Assembly: GCF_000143415.4 (NCBI RefSeq) | Contig: NW_003314325.1 | Span: 88,567 to 152,566, forward strand | Source: Selaginella moellendorffii | Lineage: Eukaryota > Plantae > Lycopodiophyta | DNA: 64,000 bases | Direction of reading: 5' to 3' | In this document: piece after piece, positions 10,371-23,544 of the stretch | How the letters are laid out: every line of letters starts with the position of its first letter | How positions within the stretch are numbered: the stretch's first letter is position 1 | Program-made: the position numbers and the translations under genes | Notes under the pieces: model-generated | What the model was told of the DNA's origin: nothing | Databases searched by the model: none | Seen by the model: only the letters and a program-made list of their open reading frames with translations

Positions 10371-13091
10371 CTAAGCTTCTAGTTCTGCCTGCTCCTTGGC
10401 CTGATGGGCCGCCCAGTAATTGTTGGCTGCGATCACTCGATCCAGCAGCTCCTGAGGCACCGGATCCCCCCGGCGCTGGTGGGGAGCGATCTGTGCAGTG
10501 TGGACCAGTGTCTTCCACTTGTCCTGGAACAACAAGCCTGTTAGACGGAAGAAAAAAAAACAAAAAGAAAATCCAACAGCACTGACCTTAAGATCCACGT
10601 ATGTCCTGTGCTTGGCGTTCTCAAAAGCCTGGAGTTTGACATCACGCCACCTGGAAGGAAAAGACCAACGAGATAAGTCAAGAGAAACAACAAAACAAGA
10701 AACAAAACTTTGTTACCTTCCAGTTCCAAGCTGCTCGACGGCCTGGACAAGGGATTCAACCTCGCCAACGCTAAACGGCCTCCTTATGCGCCGCTTGTGG
10801 ATCTCCAGCGAGTGGCTCTTTGGACGCATGGGAACAAGAGCCAGCCCCTGAGCACCACCATTCTCCACTCCAACCCCGACTCCGACCGCGGGGTGGAGGA
10901 TTATGGCCTTCGCGTCGAGCACCCGAGGCTTGTACGGGGTGGCCTGAGATAAAGTCGAGGTCGAGTCCGACTCGTTCTGCTTAGCCTGGTCGTCCAGATC
11001 TCCCTCTGGCTTCATCGTTGGCACAGCGGACGCGTCATTGTGCTGTTCAGGAGCAGGGCCCAGCGAAGTCGTCGGGACTGAAACATTTGCTGTAGCATCT
11101 GGCTGTTGTTGCTGTGTACTGTCGGCTGATGGACGAGTCCACGCGCCATCCACAACATAAGCTGACCTGCAAGCCAAATAAATATAAAAACTCATTCAAC
11201 ACAACCAGAAACACGTTTTTCATACCTGGAATTCGGCTCACTCGCCGCATGTAACAGGACAAGGAGAGGATCGTCCTGCTCAGTTGACGCGGAAGGAATG
11301 GACGTTGGCTCCAGCATAAAGCCCAAGTCAGACTTTCCGCCGTGAGAGATTCCCATCTCAGATAACGTCGCGGCTTCGTCGGGAACCTTCCTACCCTGGA
11401 CAAGAACGCAGACCCTTAAACCGCCTCCAAGTAAATTCATTGCTGCATCCATCACAGCCCTCTACATTTATACCAGAAAGGAAATTAGCGGCTGGGATGC
11501 AGTAACCTACAAGGCTTACCTTCAAAGTTCCAACCGTGGCCGACTCTGGAATATCTACATAGAGCTCTGGAATGGTGAACGACTTGACGCTAACTTTGAC
11601 TGCGAAAAAAGAGAAGAGAAAACGTTATTAAAACGCAAAGCCAGACGAAGCTTCCTTACCATGGCCGTCAGCTGTCTTTCGAGATCCTGGTGGCGTTGCT
11701 ACACTGGCTGCTTTGGCTGTAAAAAAAACAACGACGTTAGAATCCAAAACCTTCACGAAACTATTCTAATCTAAGCAGCCAGCACACCCTCGCTCATTTC
11801 CGCGGTCTACGTTTACCTCTACGAAGTTTAGCAGCTGCTGCAGGAGGCTCACAATCTCCGTCAACATCCAAATCATGTGGCATGATGAACGGGACATCCC
11901 CCTTAAACCGTTTCTTTCCTTTCACGGTTCTTTTATAGTGAGTGCCATCATCTGAAATTCAGGCCAACTCAGAACTTCCAAAGCAAACCACAACACTGAA
12001 TCCCCACACAGGACTGACCACCACCCAACCTGTTTTCCAAAGGGTTATTGTCCGAACCAGCACTTTGCACACAGGCAAAGCTCACGAACAACCCTTGTCC
12101 TTCCACACAGGTTGCCAACGTAAGGAAAAACTAGATCCGAAAACGATAAAGAATTCAATCGTGCCAAGAGTAGAGAAGCATACCTGAGGTTGGCGAAGAA
12201 AACTCGTCGTGCTTGTTGCGCTTGCCTCCCCAGCCAGAAGACCTGGACACGTTCTTCCTCTTCCGTGAACGCCTGCTATTCTTCTGTGGCTTTTCCAGAC
12301 CCTCCTCGGACATGATGCACTCCGAGCTGCACTCCTCGTCTTTCACTTTTGCCTGATTTCCAGTCTCAGCACTCACGTGACTCACTGGCTTATCGGTCAC
12401 TACCACGCCATCTGGATTGCCCGGAACTACCGGAGCTACCGCTGCTGCCGCTGCCGCCGCTGCTTCAGCCTTATTCTTCCCTTTCATCTCCTCCTCGTGA
12501 GAAGCCTGGTTTACCTGACACTGCAAGTTGAGCAGCTTCCTGATGTCCGATTCTACTAGCGCGAACGACGTTCCGGATTCGTTATCAGACTTAACGTCCT
12601 CCTGCTTCCGAGGCTGCACTGGACCGTCTTTAACAATAAACTTATCTTCTACGCTAGAAGCAGCTTCCGCAGCGTCCCCAGTACCTGAGCTTACTTGCTG
12701 CCTGAGCGCCTCCCTTTGAGTCTTCTGCTCCTCGCTACCCTGTAACAGCTCTAGCCCCGCAACCTCGGCTAACCAGTCAAAAGGAACACCAACTTTCCTG
12801 GATCCTCCAGCTCGACCCTGTAACAAAAAAAAAGGCACAGCCGCGGATAAGAACCCCGAGCAATGGAGAACAAGACGAAACAGAGAAAAAACCAAAACCC
12901 CAACACGCAGCATGCATGCATGCATGCCAAGGAAGCACAACACGGGCAGCAAAACCGAAAGAAAGAGAGGAAAAAAAAGGAAGAATCTTTTAAAAACCCA
13001 CCCGAGTAGAGGAACGAGTAGAACGAGGAAGCGCTGGTCCACTGTACCCCGGGACTCCCGATCCCATCCTTCGCCGAGCTCCCATAAACAT
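10371..13091 (-). CDS. Telomere repeat-binding protein (TRP1/TRFL family I; ubiquitin-like domain + C-terminal Myb with Myb-extension), multi-exon
   Basis: C-terminal KRRIRRPFSVGEVESLVQAVEQLGTGR/WRDVK...HRTYVDLK/DKWKTLVHTAQIAPHQRRGDPVPQELLDRV. Central VKVSVKSFTIPELYVDIPESATVGTLK and LGGGLRVCVLVQGRKV. N-terminal PALPRSTRS and FDWLAEVAG. Confidence 0.92.
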
Positions 13092-14129
13092 ACACCGCGC
13101 GACGGAACTAAGGCGCTTTTATCTATCGTCCAGGCACGGCGCACAAGTGTCAGCTCCTACTACCTCTCTAAAACCTCGCTAAAGCCCAAAACCTTACCAT
13201 ATATAAAAACCCCAGATCTAAAGGGTTTCCTCGAGCAATTTTAAAAAATTTAAAGGCGAGGATTTATCTGCAAGAAAATGTTTCGTAAAAACCAAGAAAA
13301 AAAAATTTAAAAGGGAAGAGATCCGGTAAGAAGAAGAAGAACAGGCAAATTTCTTTAAACTGACCCAAGCAACGAGATCAAGCATCAAGGAATCAAAAGA
13401 GATCTAAGAGATCTTACAATGCGCTTCTTGGAGGCCGATAATTCCCTACCGTACGCGGCCAATTCGCCCCCAATTCCTCGCACGCCCCGCAAGAAGGCCC
13501 CGGATTTCCCAATAGCCCCTACCGCCGCAGATCGATCCCCGGAACAAGGCCGCAAGATCTACCCTGGATGCCCCAATTCGCCGCCAAGACGACGGATCTT
13601 TGCCTTCTTTCTTGACTTCTTTCCAAGAATTTCCCACCCCTATCTCCTCGCCCGCCCGGCACCTAAGCCTCAATCCCTCGAGGAGCACGGCGCCGCCGTG
13701 GCGGCCAGCGCGCGTTCCTCACAGGCACGCCCTCGAAGCGGCCGGCGCGAGCGCCACAAATTCCCCCTGCCGGAGGACGATCGCGCCCGCTAGAGCTCGC
13801 ATTCGAGGCGCTTGGCGGCGGATCAAACGCCCAAAACGCTCCCTTCCTCTCTCTCCCTCTCTACACGAAAAAATACCACACTCCAAATCTTTCTATGTCT
13901 TCCCAACGCGTGTTCTTCTTGTGTGTTCTGTAGGGCTTTGTTGTGTTTTTACCCCGCGGTTAAAAACTAATCTTTACCTCCAACTACAAATACCGGGCCG
14001 TCATTTACGGCATAAACCTCCGTCAAACCCAACGGCGATCCTCCGCCGTCCATTCCCAACCATCCGACGGTCCGGGCCCCGCGTGCTCTAACGTGCGGCC
14101 AGCAATTGCAGCGCCATGCCCACTCGTAT

Positions 14130-14320
14130 TCCACGTGTAGCTCTCTTTTAAACAGATAGGCTAGCGCAGCCCCGGCACAGGCCCAAAACAGGCCCGGCAC
14201 AGCCTCGGCACACAGGCTCGGGCATCTTAAACCCCCTGGGTTTGAGATTTCGGTCCCTTATCTGCCACGTCCGCGCCTACGTGGCGAGCGGACCCAATGG
14301 CGCGTGTCGTTTAACGTGGT
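14130..14320. promoter_or_regulatory. Cluster of ACGT/G-box-like and site II (GGCCCA) elements upstream of the TRP-like gene
   Basis: CCACGTGT ~14131, GGCCCA ~14180, GCCACGT ~14264, TACGTGGC ~14278 and AACGTGG ~14313 lie in a GC-rich non-coding stretch. Confidence 0.35.
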
Positions 14321-17300
14321 CATCATCCACTTTTCCCATTGGCCAGCGTGTTTTACGTAGTGGGTTATAATCCGTGCAGTCCAGAATGCCGTACGGGGCC
14401 ATGCGCGCGCTCTATCCTCTGGCGCCCCCGGTCTGTGTGTGAGCCGGATGGATTGGCAGGGGAATCTTTTAGATTCCGGGCCGATTCCCCTCGTTGTTTT
14501 CTTTTCCCCTCAAGAAACATTCTAATCGCCAGTTTCTTGGAGGGCCGGCCATTCATGGCAAGCATGATTGGGTCATACCTTGGCAACCGAGCTTTGGATC
14601 TAAACAAACCCATCACCGTCCATTTAAGAAGAGCAGCGATTGTGTAGAGCTTACTTGATTGTGTGATTTTCCAGATTCCAATAACCCAGTTGTTGGATAG
14701 TAAAAAAAATGCGATTGATTATATTTTTTGGGTTTTGTATAGCTTATACAAAACTATACAACGAGTGCCTCGGCATTGAGGCTGGCATGTGGCCACCCAA
14801 CTACGCACCTCAACTTGAAAGGGTTGTTTTCTTGCAAATATTAGAGAAAGCTTGGAGGAACAACGCGGGATGGATTGTTCCAAGATCTCAATCAAGTGTC
14901 TCGTCGGGATCAAAGAGAGAGATTTGGCATCGAAAACGTGACAGTCGCGTGGGGACAAAGAAGAAGAAGCGAGAATCAATCTCCTCCATATCTCAAGCCG
15001 CACAGAGTTCTCCTATTTTTCCTCTCAAAACCGCGATCAACTTGCTCGAAAACTCAAGGCGAAATCCTCGAAGTCAAACGTATTCAAAGGAGTTGACTAT
15101 AGAAAGATTCCATCGCACCTCACATGTTGGTTGTATGGCGCCACAAGCAAGATGCCACGAACCGGGGAATCGAATCATCGGTAATGACATAAACACAAAA
15201 AAAATCAACACACGACAGCCCACATTTGTGGCCAGGCCAGCCAGCGAAAGACGATGTCCCTTTAACCTAAAAGGCTATTATACAGAATGGGAGAATCCAG
15301 ATCCTCGAGAAAACAATGTGTGACTGTGAATCCCTTCGCTTTCCTCGCTCAGGGCTTCGATTCGAGCCGCGGACGTTTTGTTCCTGGTGTAACGTAGCTC
15401 TCGCCTCAAAATAAATAAATATATTAAGAATAAAGGAATAAATAAAATAGAAGCACACATTCTAAATTGCTGACGCGTTGCTGGTGCTGTTCGTTTTTTG
15501 TACTATCCTGTTGTAGGAGGTGGTTTGGTAATTTGGTTCTTCCAGCATGATTTAAGGCAAGCACAGGCCAGACGCACCCAGTATAACTGCCAATTTTGAA
15601 TTTATTTATACATTCCAGAAAAAAGTATTGAATTTATATTTTTCTTGTAAATATTTCCGTTTCTTTTTTTAATTCATACAATGCTGTAAGAAACTGGCGA
15701 TGGCGTGCGATGGACTCCTGTTGGTTACGTAATGAACAAGCGGCCAAGCAAACAGGTCAGTCAACTGGCCAGCGCGCAGCAGCGCTGCTACGTGACGATC
15801 GAAGACACCACTCACGCAATTGGAGCTTTGATCCAAAGTAATAACCATGTCGTCGCAACAAAATACTATACTATGGAAACATCCACACCATTCAGAACAC
15901 GAAATCGCTCGTGGAGGAAACAATACCAGTCCTGCTCGCATACGTCAGCAAAGCATTCTCTTTTCCTCTCTAGGGCAGCTTTGTCAACTTTTATAATGGT
16001 CTCTGGAGCTTGATCACTCCTCTACCTACACTCTTTAGGAGAAAGCTTGTCCACTTGTGGATATATGTGTAGACTATTTAATATGTATTCTAGATATTTA
16101 AAATTATTAAATGGTTGTTGCTTAGAATATGCTAGCATCACTCACTGGCGGCCTGCCACCATGAAAGGTCAGGCCTTAAAAAAGTGGGGATCCATCCTCT
16201 TCTCTCTTCTTCGTTCGTGGTCCAAACACACCACCTACCCCTCAATATCCACGTGTATATCAGATATTAATGGAGAATTTCCAATAAAGGAAAAAGGGAA
16301 AAGCCAATCGGTTCTTGGCATTATTGGGTGCTGGAGATTTCCCTCTACTGCTTGTAAGAATAGAGGATGTCAAAAGTTAAAACTATGCTTGCAATCTCTG
16401 GCCAAAATCATTACCCTTGAAAGCTTGTGTCTCCAAATCTCGTGTTATACTCCAACAAAAAGCTACTCACAAGAGGGCTTCACAATTTATGCAATGTATC
16501 GGCCAAATGTTCCCAAAGTCTACCCAGCATGCCCTACGTCAAGCATGTGGAAACGATAGCAAAGCTGTAGTGAAGTTACTGGTACGGATGTAATATTCAG
16601 CAGTATAGTATAGATTTTGACATTATAAAACTAAACGTTTGAGATAGGATTAAGAATTTAAAATATAAACTAGACTTGTCTCAACGTTTTTCTAAAACAT
16701 TACTTGAAAAATATTATGTTTCACGAAAACTATCATGTGGGATACTCAAAATTGTATTTATCTTTCTCTAACATTAAAGATGTTTGTGCTCTTAGCAAGA
16801 AATTTACTATTGTATAGAATGAGAACAAACTGGCTTTATCTAATATAATAAAAAGTAGTAAGTTAAATGTAAAAATGGTGGATAATCAGATCAAATTAGT
16901 TAGGATAGTAAATTTATAAAAAAGATTATCATTTTCAAACAGTTGTATGATTGGATAACCAGTTTACCTTATATAAAATAGTAAGATCATACACTAATGT
17001 GAAGGTAATAGATTTTGCAAATTATGTATAAAAAAAATTCTATTCCTAGAGTGTGTAGATATATTATATAAATAATAATAATAATTTTAGTGAGCATATA
17101 AATTTTATTTTTTTTAACCTAGAAATTTTAAATTAAATTAAATTTGATATATTTCTGAGTATGAAATCTTCTTCAAAACCATCATAAAGTTTCTTTTGCA
17201 ACTTCAAAATATTTTATTAAAATATTAGAGGCTGTAATGTAGATAATTTTTTAATTTTGAGATACATTATTACAAAATCACACTGAATTATACATAAATA

Positions 17301-18324
17301 TTTCTATGATGTAATTAATTTAAAATTAATAATACCTTAAATTATATATTAGAGAATCTTAATGAAAGAGTCTAAAAGTAAAAAGTTTAATATGATCTAC
17401 TTCATATATGATTCATTATTTTCTTTAATTTATTATGAATTAATATTAATATAACAATAAATTATATATCAAAATTAGATTTGCGACCAAGAAAGTGGAT
17501 AATCGCATCAAAGTAATCACATGAAACATGTTCCAGCTGCGATTACAAACTAGTTTCAAATCAGATTAGTGATTAATTTAAATTGCCAAAATTGGCGATT
17601 CAAATTAAATACTAGCATTTGAAGTAATGAAAGAAGTATAAATTAAATTATCAAATAACTTCTTTGTAAAGAAGAATTTATAATCTTTTATAGATAGCAA
17701 GTTTAAGCAAATTCAATAGTGATTTTTTTATATTAAATATGAATAAATTATATTTTATATAAAGTAAAGACTTATTATATATAAAAATAAAAATGTTGAA
17801 ATATGACATAAAAATAAACAAATAGGAGAAGAAAATGCTTTAGTGATAAAATAAAAACTAAAAAATAAATTAGAATATAAATTAAAAGTATATCACTATG
17901 AACCTCATGCAAAGAATAAATGGTTAACAATTGCTTTGACAAGAAAAATGAGTCAAATTGTTTTATGTGATTATTAAAATAAATTAATAATATTTTAGTT
18001 TATTTAATAATTGATTTTTCTGTTTTATATAATAAGTGAAACAGAAACTTAATTATAAAATTATATTAAAATGAAATAAAAATAATTATAGAGAAAAAAT
18101 ATAATGTTTGAATCTTCACAAAAGGTTTTATTAAAATTTACTAATATTGTTGAATTTGCAATATACCATTTAATACATATAAAGTTCTTCCCCAAGAATG
18201 ATTCCATCTAAAATTTCACAGAGGATAATATATTAGTTGGCATTTCGAATAAAGAAAGTATACGTTAAGACCATAAAGAAACATAAACCTAAGGTTTAGG
18301 TATAAAAGAATATGCTTTAGGTTG

Positions 18325-19140
18325 ATGGCACAAGAAGAAGGGCGGCCATTCCTGGAGCACTTGGAGTCCTACCTCGCGCGCAGGGATGGAGTGGACAAGC
18401 TGCTCAAGATCGCCCGCTACGCCGCCAAGATTGCCGTCGCCGCGCAGCCATCGCCGCTGCCTGATGGGGCTCTTGATCGGCTGCGCCTGTTTGAGGCAAG
18501 CGTTGGGACAAGCCGCAAGGCATTCCGGCTGGGCAAATTCGTCCAGGACGTGAATGCGCTCCTCAGGGCTAGCAAATCGCCGCACAGGGACCGCCAGCGC
18601 TGGATCCTGGAGCTCATCGCCTATGGCGGCGAGGGATTGTACTACTTCGTGGAGCAATTCGTCTGGCTGGTGAGTTGGCATTTCCTAGGATTGGAATGGA
18701 AGAAACTCTCTCGTTTCTCTCTCCCTTTTCTTCCTTGGCAGGCTAAGACCGGGCTGATCAACAAGCACCACTCCAAGAAGCTCCAGAAGATCAGCGCCTG
18801 GACGGAATTCGTGGGCTACTTTGGGAGCGTGATCCTCAAGTACCAGGAAATCTCCGCCATGATCGCGAGGGAGAAGGCGCTGATCGACGCTCATCGCCGC
18901 CACAAGAGAGAAGACGCTGCTTCCAGGGAAGAGATTGTTTCTCTCAAGTCGCAGATCCAATCGCTCCATAGCAAGAGGTTCCTCAAGACGCTCTCGCTGA
19001 TCCAGGATTTCGCCGATTCCCTGCTTGCCCTCAGCGACATTCGAGATGGGCGAGGGGTGCTCTCGGCGCCATTGCTGCTCGCATCCGCCGGCCTCGTCTC
19101 CGCGACCATCAGCGCGCACAAAAACTGGAATAGCTGCTAA
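18325..19140 (+). CDS. PEX11A: Peroxisomal membrane protein PEX11A, with one 72-nt intron (18670-18741)
   Basis: FLEHLESYLARRDGVDKLLKIARY, SRKAFRLGKFVQD, AYGGEGLYYFVEQFVWL, LQKISAW, DIRDGRG and HKNWNSC match plant PEX11A. Confidence 0.93.
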   Translation: MAQEEGRPFLEHLESYLARRDGVDKLLKIARYAAKIAVAAQPSPLPDGALDRLRLFEASVGTSRKAFRLGKFVQDVNALLRASKSPHRDRQRWILELIAYGGEGLYYFVEQFVWLVSWHFLGLEWKKLSRFSLPFLPWQAKTGLINKHHSKKLQKISAWTEFVGYFGSVILKYQEISAMIAREKALIDAHRRHKREDAASREEIVSLKSQIQSLHSKRFLKTLSLIQDFADSLLALSDIRDGRGVLSAPLLLASAGLVSATISAHKNWNSC

Positions 19141-19296
19141 TAAATTTGCTAGAACCCTAATAACAGAGCTTGCATTTTTAGGGCTCTTGGAAAGATTTGC
19201 TAAAACCCCTAATAACAGGGGTTCTTGGAGATGTCTTTTCCTCTTGTGGTCTTTCCTCTTGTGGTCATTGGTTTTTTACCTTGAATCCCTTGCAGC

Positions 19297-20330
19297 ATAG
19301 CGCGGCTGCCATTGAGGAGAAGATGTATGTGGTGGGAGGATGCTGCAGGGACCGATACTTGAACGATGTGCTGGTGAGAACTTAAGTAGCGTGGATCTTT
19401 CTCAAGTTCTTAGTAACACTCTCGTGGAGGTTTTGGATTTGGGAAGCTTGAAGTGGTCGACAGCCCAACCTTGTCCCGTGTAGCATTGCCTGGTAAGTTG
19501 AGTCTATTCAGTTTCTAGCGGGCTTTGCTTAAACATGGTCGACGCTTTGCAGTTAGCAAGTGGAAGAACGCTCTTTCTCGTTGTTGGCATTCCGTCTGAT
19601 GAAAAGATGCGCGGTACTGTGTGGTTCTTGCCACCCTGATCGGGAGCAAAATATGGGTGTATGGCTGTAAGGACTTTCAGGGTCAGCTGCACCCTCGGGT
19701 ACATTCACTCGATCTGGAAAGCAAACAGTGGGAGCTAGTTAACGCAAGGTACGCAGATCCAATACAAAGATCGCAATTCCATACCTCCATGTGGCAGTGG
19801 CTCCATCCCACCACCGCTTGCTTTGCGGTGCATAAAGGCGATAATCTGTACCTTTTTGGAGCTGGTTCATCTGGCTTTTGCAAGAACCTATACGCACTGA
19901 ATCTCGTAAATGTAAGCACGGAGTCTTAAATGCTATATAGCTTTGGCCCAAAATGTTTGCAGCGTCAATGGTCCTGGTATCCAGATCAAGGTCCCACCCT
20001 CGTACCTGCGGCGCGTTTTGCAACTGCTGACACAGGAGACGAGTGCCATCTTGTCGGTGGTAAGTTCAATTCTTTGTGCTCCGATTACCTCGTATATCTA
20101 TCTATACACTAGGTGCTACGGAAGAAACCATGCTACTGAACATGGAGTCTTTGAAGTGGACCGTAGTGTGTGCTGAACCTCGTTTGGCTACTGACGTAAG
20201 TGCTTAAGTTTCTTTTGTTGCTGCAGAAGAATACTTATTTAACATGTAGAGCCTGAGATTGGTGCACGCGCGAATCAAGGGTCGGGGCGCTCTGATTGCT
20301 TCAGGGGGTAATCCGGTACGCGTTTTATGT
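19297..20330 (+). pseudogene. Degenerate kelch-repeat gene (ACBP4/5-like kelch region)
   Basis: HSAAAIEEKMYVVGG...YLNDVL/VLDLGSLKWS, ATLIGSKIWVYG...HSLDLESKQW and LYLFGAG...LYALNL. In-frame TAG at ~19481, frameshifts, residual introns. Confidence 0.7.
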
Positions 20331-20363
20331 GTTGGTCGCTCACCCGACTGATCCTCTGCACTT

Positions 20364-21672
20364 ATGGAGTTTAGCGTCTTTCTACTCAAGACTATGAAGT
20401 CATATCCGGTGCCAGGTCAGGGCATAGACGGGTCACTTCTGGCGCTGTTTGATATTCCAGAAGCAGGGGAGCAGGCGCTTGAGATTACAGACAGGGCTTG
20501 GAGGAAGGTGGGGGACAAAGACTTCTTGGTGAGGGACGGTCGTCCTCTGGAACGTAACTCTGCCATCTTTCCCGGAGACGAGATAGCATTCCACCGGAGT
20601 GACTCTGTTGGAGTACCTAGCATTCATCGCAACAGGACGTGTGAGGTCCATCGCATGACACTTGAAGACTGTAAGTTTCTCCTCGCCCGGGTGAAGATCG
20701 AGCTCATGAGAGGGGAAGGGTGGCTAAAACCACGAGAGCGAAGCTTTCGCAGGGTGGAGTAGCAGGAGGCGACGGGACACGGTGAAGTACCTGGAGGAGC
20801 GTGCCAAAGTTGGCGATCTTTTCAGGCTGCCTCATGTAGCTGACGGCGAGGGCACAGTTGTGCAGGAGATATCGAGCTCGACCGCGGGTGAGGAGTTCCC
20901 CTACACCCTTCGCTTCGCGCTGGACGTGACGCTCGTGTACAAGTGTGTTGTCGAGGACATCATCATGGGCTACTATATCAAAGAAGAGATTAACGAGCTG
21001 CACATATGGAGGGCGCTCGTGATGTTGCTGGGAGTGAACATCAAATGCCGCACCCTCAAGCCGTGGGTGGTGATCACGGACCTCAAAGACGAGTGGCACT
21101 TCGCGTGGATGGTGTACGTGTGCAGGGCGCGGAGCAGGAGCCAGGGACTGGGGATTGTCCAGGACCTGTGCAACGACTACAACCTGGTGACTGCGCCTGA
21201 GACGACCGGCGTGCTCTCGAGCCTGCCTAGCGTCTACACTCGCGCTTGTGTGGGGTTCCAGTGTGATGTGGATGAGGAGACACGGGAGATGCTCGCCCCT
21301 CGCCCGGTTGCGTTTCGTAGGGGTCCAAATGGCTACGCACTCACGCCATATAGACTTGAGGTGGATAGAGCTTATCTACTATCAATCTTGATGGGAAAAA
21401 GTTGGGCATCCAAGTTTGAGGCTCTACTGCTCACGGGCTGCTGCTATCCGTTGCGCTACAAAAGCACCGATGCTTGGAGAATGTTGGTTTCCAAGACTGT
21501 TTCCATGGAGAAGCTGAATTTTCAAAAGTTTTTAATGGGTGAATTGCCAGAGCACTTCCAAAAGATTCATCGAGAATTTATCTTGCTTGTGGGAAAAAAA
21601 AGGGTTCCTGGCCAGATTATTTTCCCCCGGGGACTGCTTCCCGAGGGACAGTTGCTCGCCTTTCAAGGATAG
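20364..21672 (+). pseudogene. Crinkler (CR)-type restriction-endonuclease-fold effector-like sequence, frameshifted at ~20728-20760
   Basis: AFAGW...VKYLEE, LDVTLV...YIKEE...ALVMLLGVN and KPWVVITDLKDEWHFAW resemble the PVVVLTDL...W.F.W signature of CRN C-terminal REase domains (recalled, not searched). Confidence 0.55.
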
Positions 21673-21975
21673 GCTCTTCTTCAATGACAAGCAATGCAAC
21701 ATAAAAGCGGTGAAAAAAAATCTTTCTATTCATTTTGATATCTCAATCTTTCTTTCGATGGTGGGGGTCGTCACCAGCATCCTTAAAGCTCTCTGGCAGA
21801 GGATTAATAGCTCATCGGAAGAAAAATTGGGTTAGCTGGTAGTGTACGAAGTTGTCTAGATTCCTTCTTACCTGTAATCCTTGCCCTTGGTTTGCTTGAT
21901 CTTCATCGCTCAACGACTCTCTCGCATTTTTAGGGTTCTTAATAACAGCCCAGGGCTCTTGGATGCCCACGGTGA

Positions 21976-23544
21976 ATGAGATGGGAGGAGCTCGATGGAA
22001 CTGTGAAGCTGCTACGCCAGTGTGCCGCTGCCAAGGATCGAATCAATGGAAGGCAGCTCCATCGGATGCTCGTGAATTCCGGCCAGGATTCCCTCACCTT
22101 GATTGGGAATTTGATTGTCAAAATGTATGGCGATTGCGGGCTTGTGGGCGATGCGTGGGCGGCGTTCCAGCGAATTGCGAGCAGGAACGTCTTCTCGTGG
22201 AACATCCTGATGGCCGCGAGCGCCGACGGGGGAGAGACGAGCCTCGCGCGAGAGGTTTTCGATCGGATGCCCAGCTCGGACATTGTGTCGTGGAATGCGA
22301 TCATTGGCATCCTCGCGCGCGCCCGGGAGATTGAGAAGCTCGCCGCGATCTTCTTGGCGATGCCGGACAGGGATGTTTGCAGCTGGAATTCGTTTGTTTC
22401 AGCAAATGCCCAAAGTGGGCATCTTGATCAAGCAATCCTCGCCTTTCTAAAGATGCCCAAAACGCAATCAATTACATGGAACGCCATCGTTAGCGCGTAT
22501 GGAGACCACAAAAGAATCCTTGAAGCGAAAGTTATGTTTGATCGGATGGTGGAAAGAGATGCCACGTCATGGAACGCAATCGTCGCCGCACATGCCTTGA
22601 ACGGTGATCCGGAGCGCGCGGGAGATCTGATCCAACGGATGCCGCAGCACACACTGTGCTCGTCCAACGCGCTCCTCACGGCCCACTGCCTGAGGGGACG
22701 ATTGGAAGAGGCTAGGGATTTGCTCCTGGATGGATCGCGCCCCAGGAATCTCGTCGGCTGGAGCGCGGTAATCGGAGGCTACGCGCAGGCAGGGCGCGGC
22801 GCTGAATCGCTCCAGCTCTTCCGCGCCATGGATCTCGACGGCGTCCAGCCGGACAACATCACATTCATCAGCGTCGCCTGCGCGATCGCGAGCATTCCAT
22901 CCATCGCCCAGGCCCGGCTCTTGCTAGGGATCATCCGGGATTACGGATTACCCGAGGACACTCCCCTGGGCACGAATCTCATCAACATGTTTGCCAAGTG
23001 TGGGGATTTGGAAGCCGCGAGGAGGGTCTTCGAGGAGATGCCGGTGAGAGACATCGTCGCCTGGAATTCTATGCTTACTGCGTATGCCCAGGCTGGACGA
23101 GTGGATCAATCACTGGAGCTCTTTTATTCCATGATCTCGCAGGGGATTTTGCCCGTGCTCGTCTCCTTCGTGAGCATTCTCTCGTGCTGCAGCCACGCAG
23201 GGTTGCTGTGGAGATCTCTCGAGTTCTTCCATGGAATGAGTGGGGATTTCGAACTGGCACCGGGGTTTGAGCACTTCCGGTGTATGATCGATGTGTTGGG
23301 CAGGGCCGGGCATCTGGAAAGTGCCGAGGATTTGATCCAGAGCATGCCATTTGAGCCAGATGGGGTGATCTGGAACACGCTGCTGGGTGCGTGTAGGAAC
23401 TACAGGGATGTAGAGCGTGCGGAGCGTATTGCGTGGGAGATATTTCGGCTGGATCCGGAGCTTCTCTCGTCCTATGCTCTTCTCTCAGGCACATACGTAA
23501 ACATGGATGTTCATTTCCTATACTTTAGTAGTTTTCAAGACTAG
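21976..23544 (+). CDS. PLS-class pentatricopeptide repeat protein with E domain (organellar RNA editing type)
   Basis: Repeated SWNA/FDRMP motifs, NLINMFAKCGDLEAARRVFEEMP, CSHAGL, CMIDVLGRAGHL and WNTLLGACR. Intronless 522 aa. Confidence 0.92.
   Translation: MRWEELDGTVKLLRQCAAAKDRINGRQLHRMLVNSGQDSLTLIGNLIVKMYGDCGLVGDAWAAFQRIASRNVFSWNILMAASADGGETSLAREVFDRMPSSDIVSWNAIIGILARAREIEKLAAIFLAMPDRDVCSWNSFVSANAQSGHLDQAILAFLKMPKTQSITWNAIVSAYGDHKRILEAKVMFDRMVERDATSWNAIVAAHALNGDPERAGDLIQRMPQHTLCSSNALLTAHCLRGRLEEARDLLLDGSRPRNLVGWSAVIGGYAQAGRGAESLQLFRAMDLDGVQPDNITFISVACAIASIPSIAQARLLLGIIRDYGLPEDTPLGTNLINMFAKCGDLEAARRVFEEMPVRDIVAWNSMLTAYAQAGRVDQSLELFYSMISQGILPVLVSFVSILSCCSHAGLLWRSLEFFHGMSGDFELAPGFEHFRCMIDVLGRAGHLESAEDLIQSMPFEPDGVIWNTLLGACRNYRDVERAERIAWEIFRLDPELLSSYALLSGTYVNMDVHFLYFSSFQD

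Noticed and set aside
13419-13793. ORF MRFLEADNSLPYAANSPPIPRTPRKK
   Set aside because: It lies antisense to the probable GC-rich 5' leader of the TRP-like gene and has no domain support.
14339-16559. Several 100-200 aa ORFs (14709-15323, 15705-16013, 16047-16559)
   Set aside because: No recognisable motifs or consistent splice chain. They may be decayed fragments but cannot be supported.
16600-18290. Very AT-rich stretch
   Set aside because: No ORFs, termini or periodicity could be identified, so it is treated as ordinary intergenic DNA.
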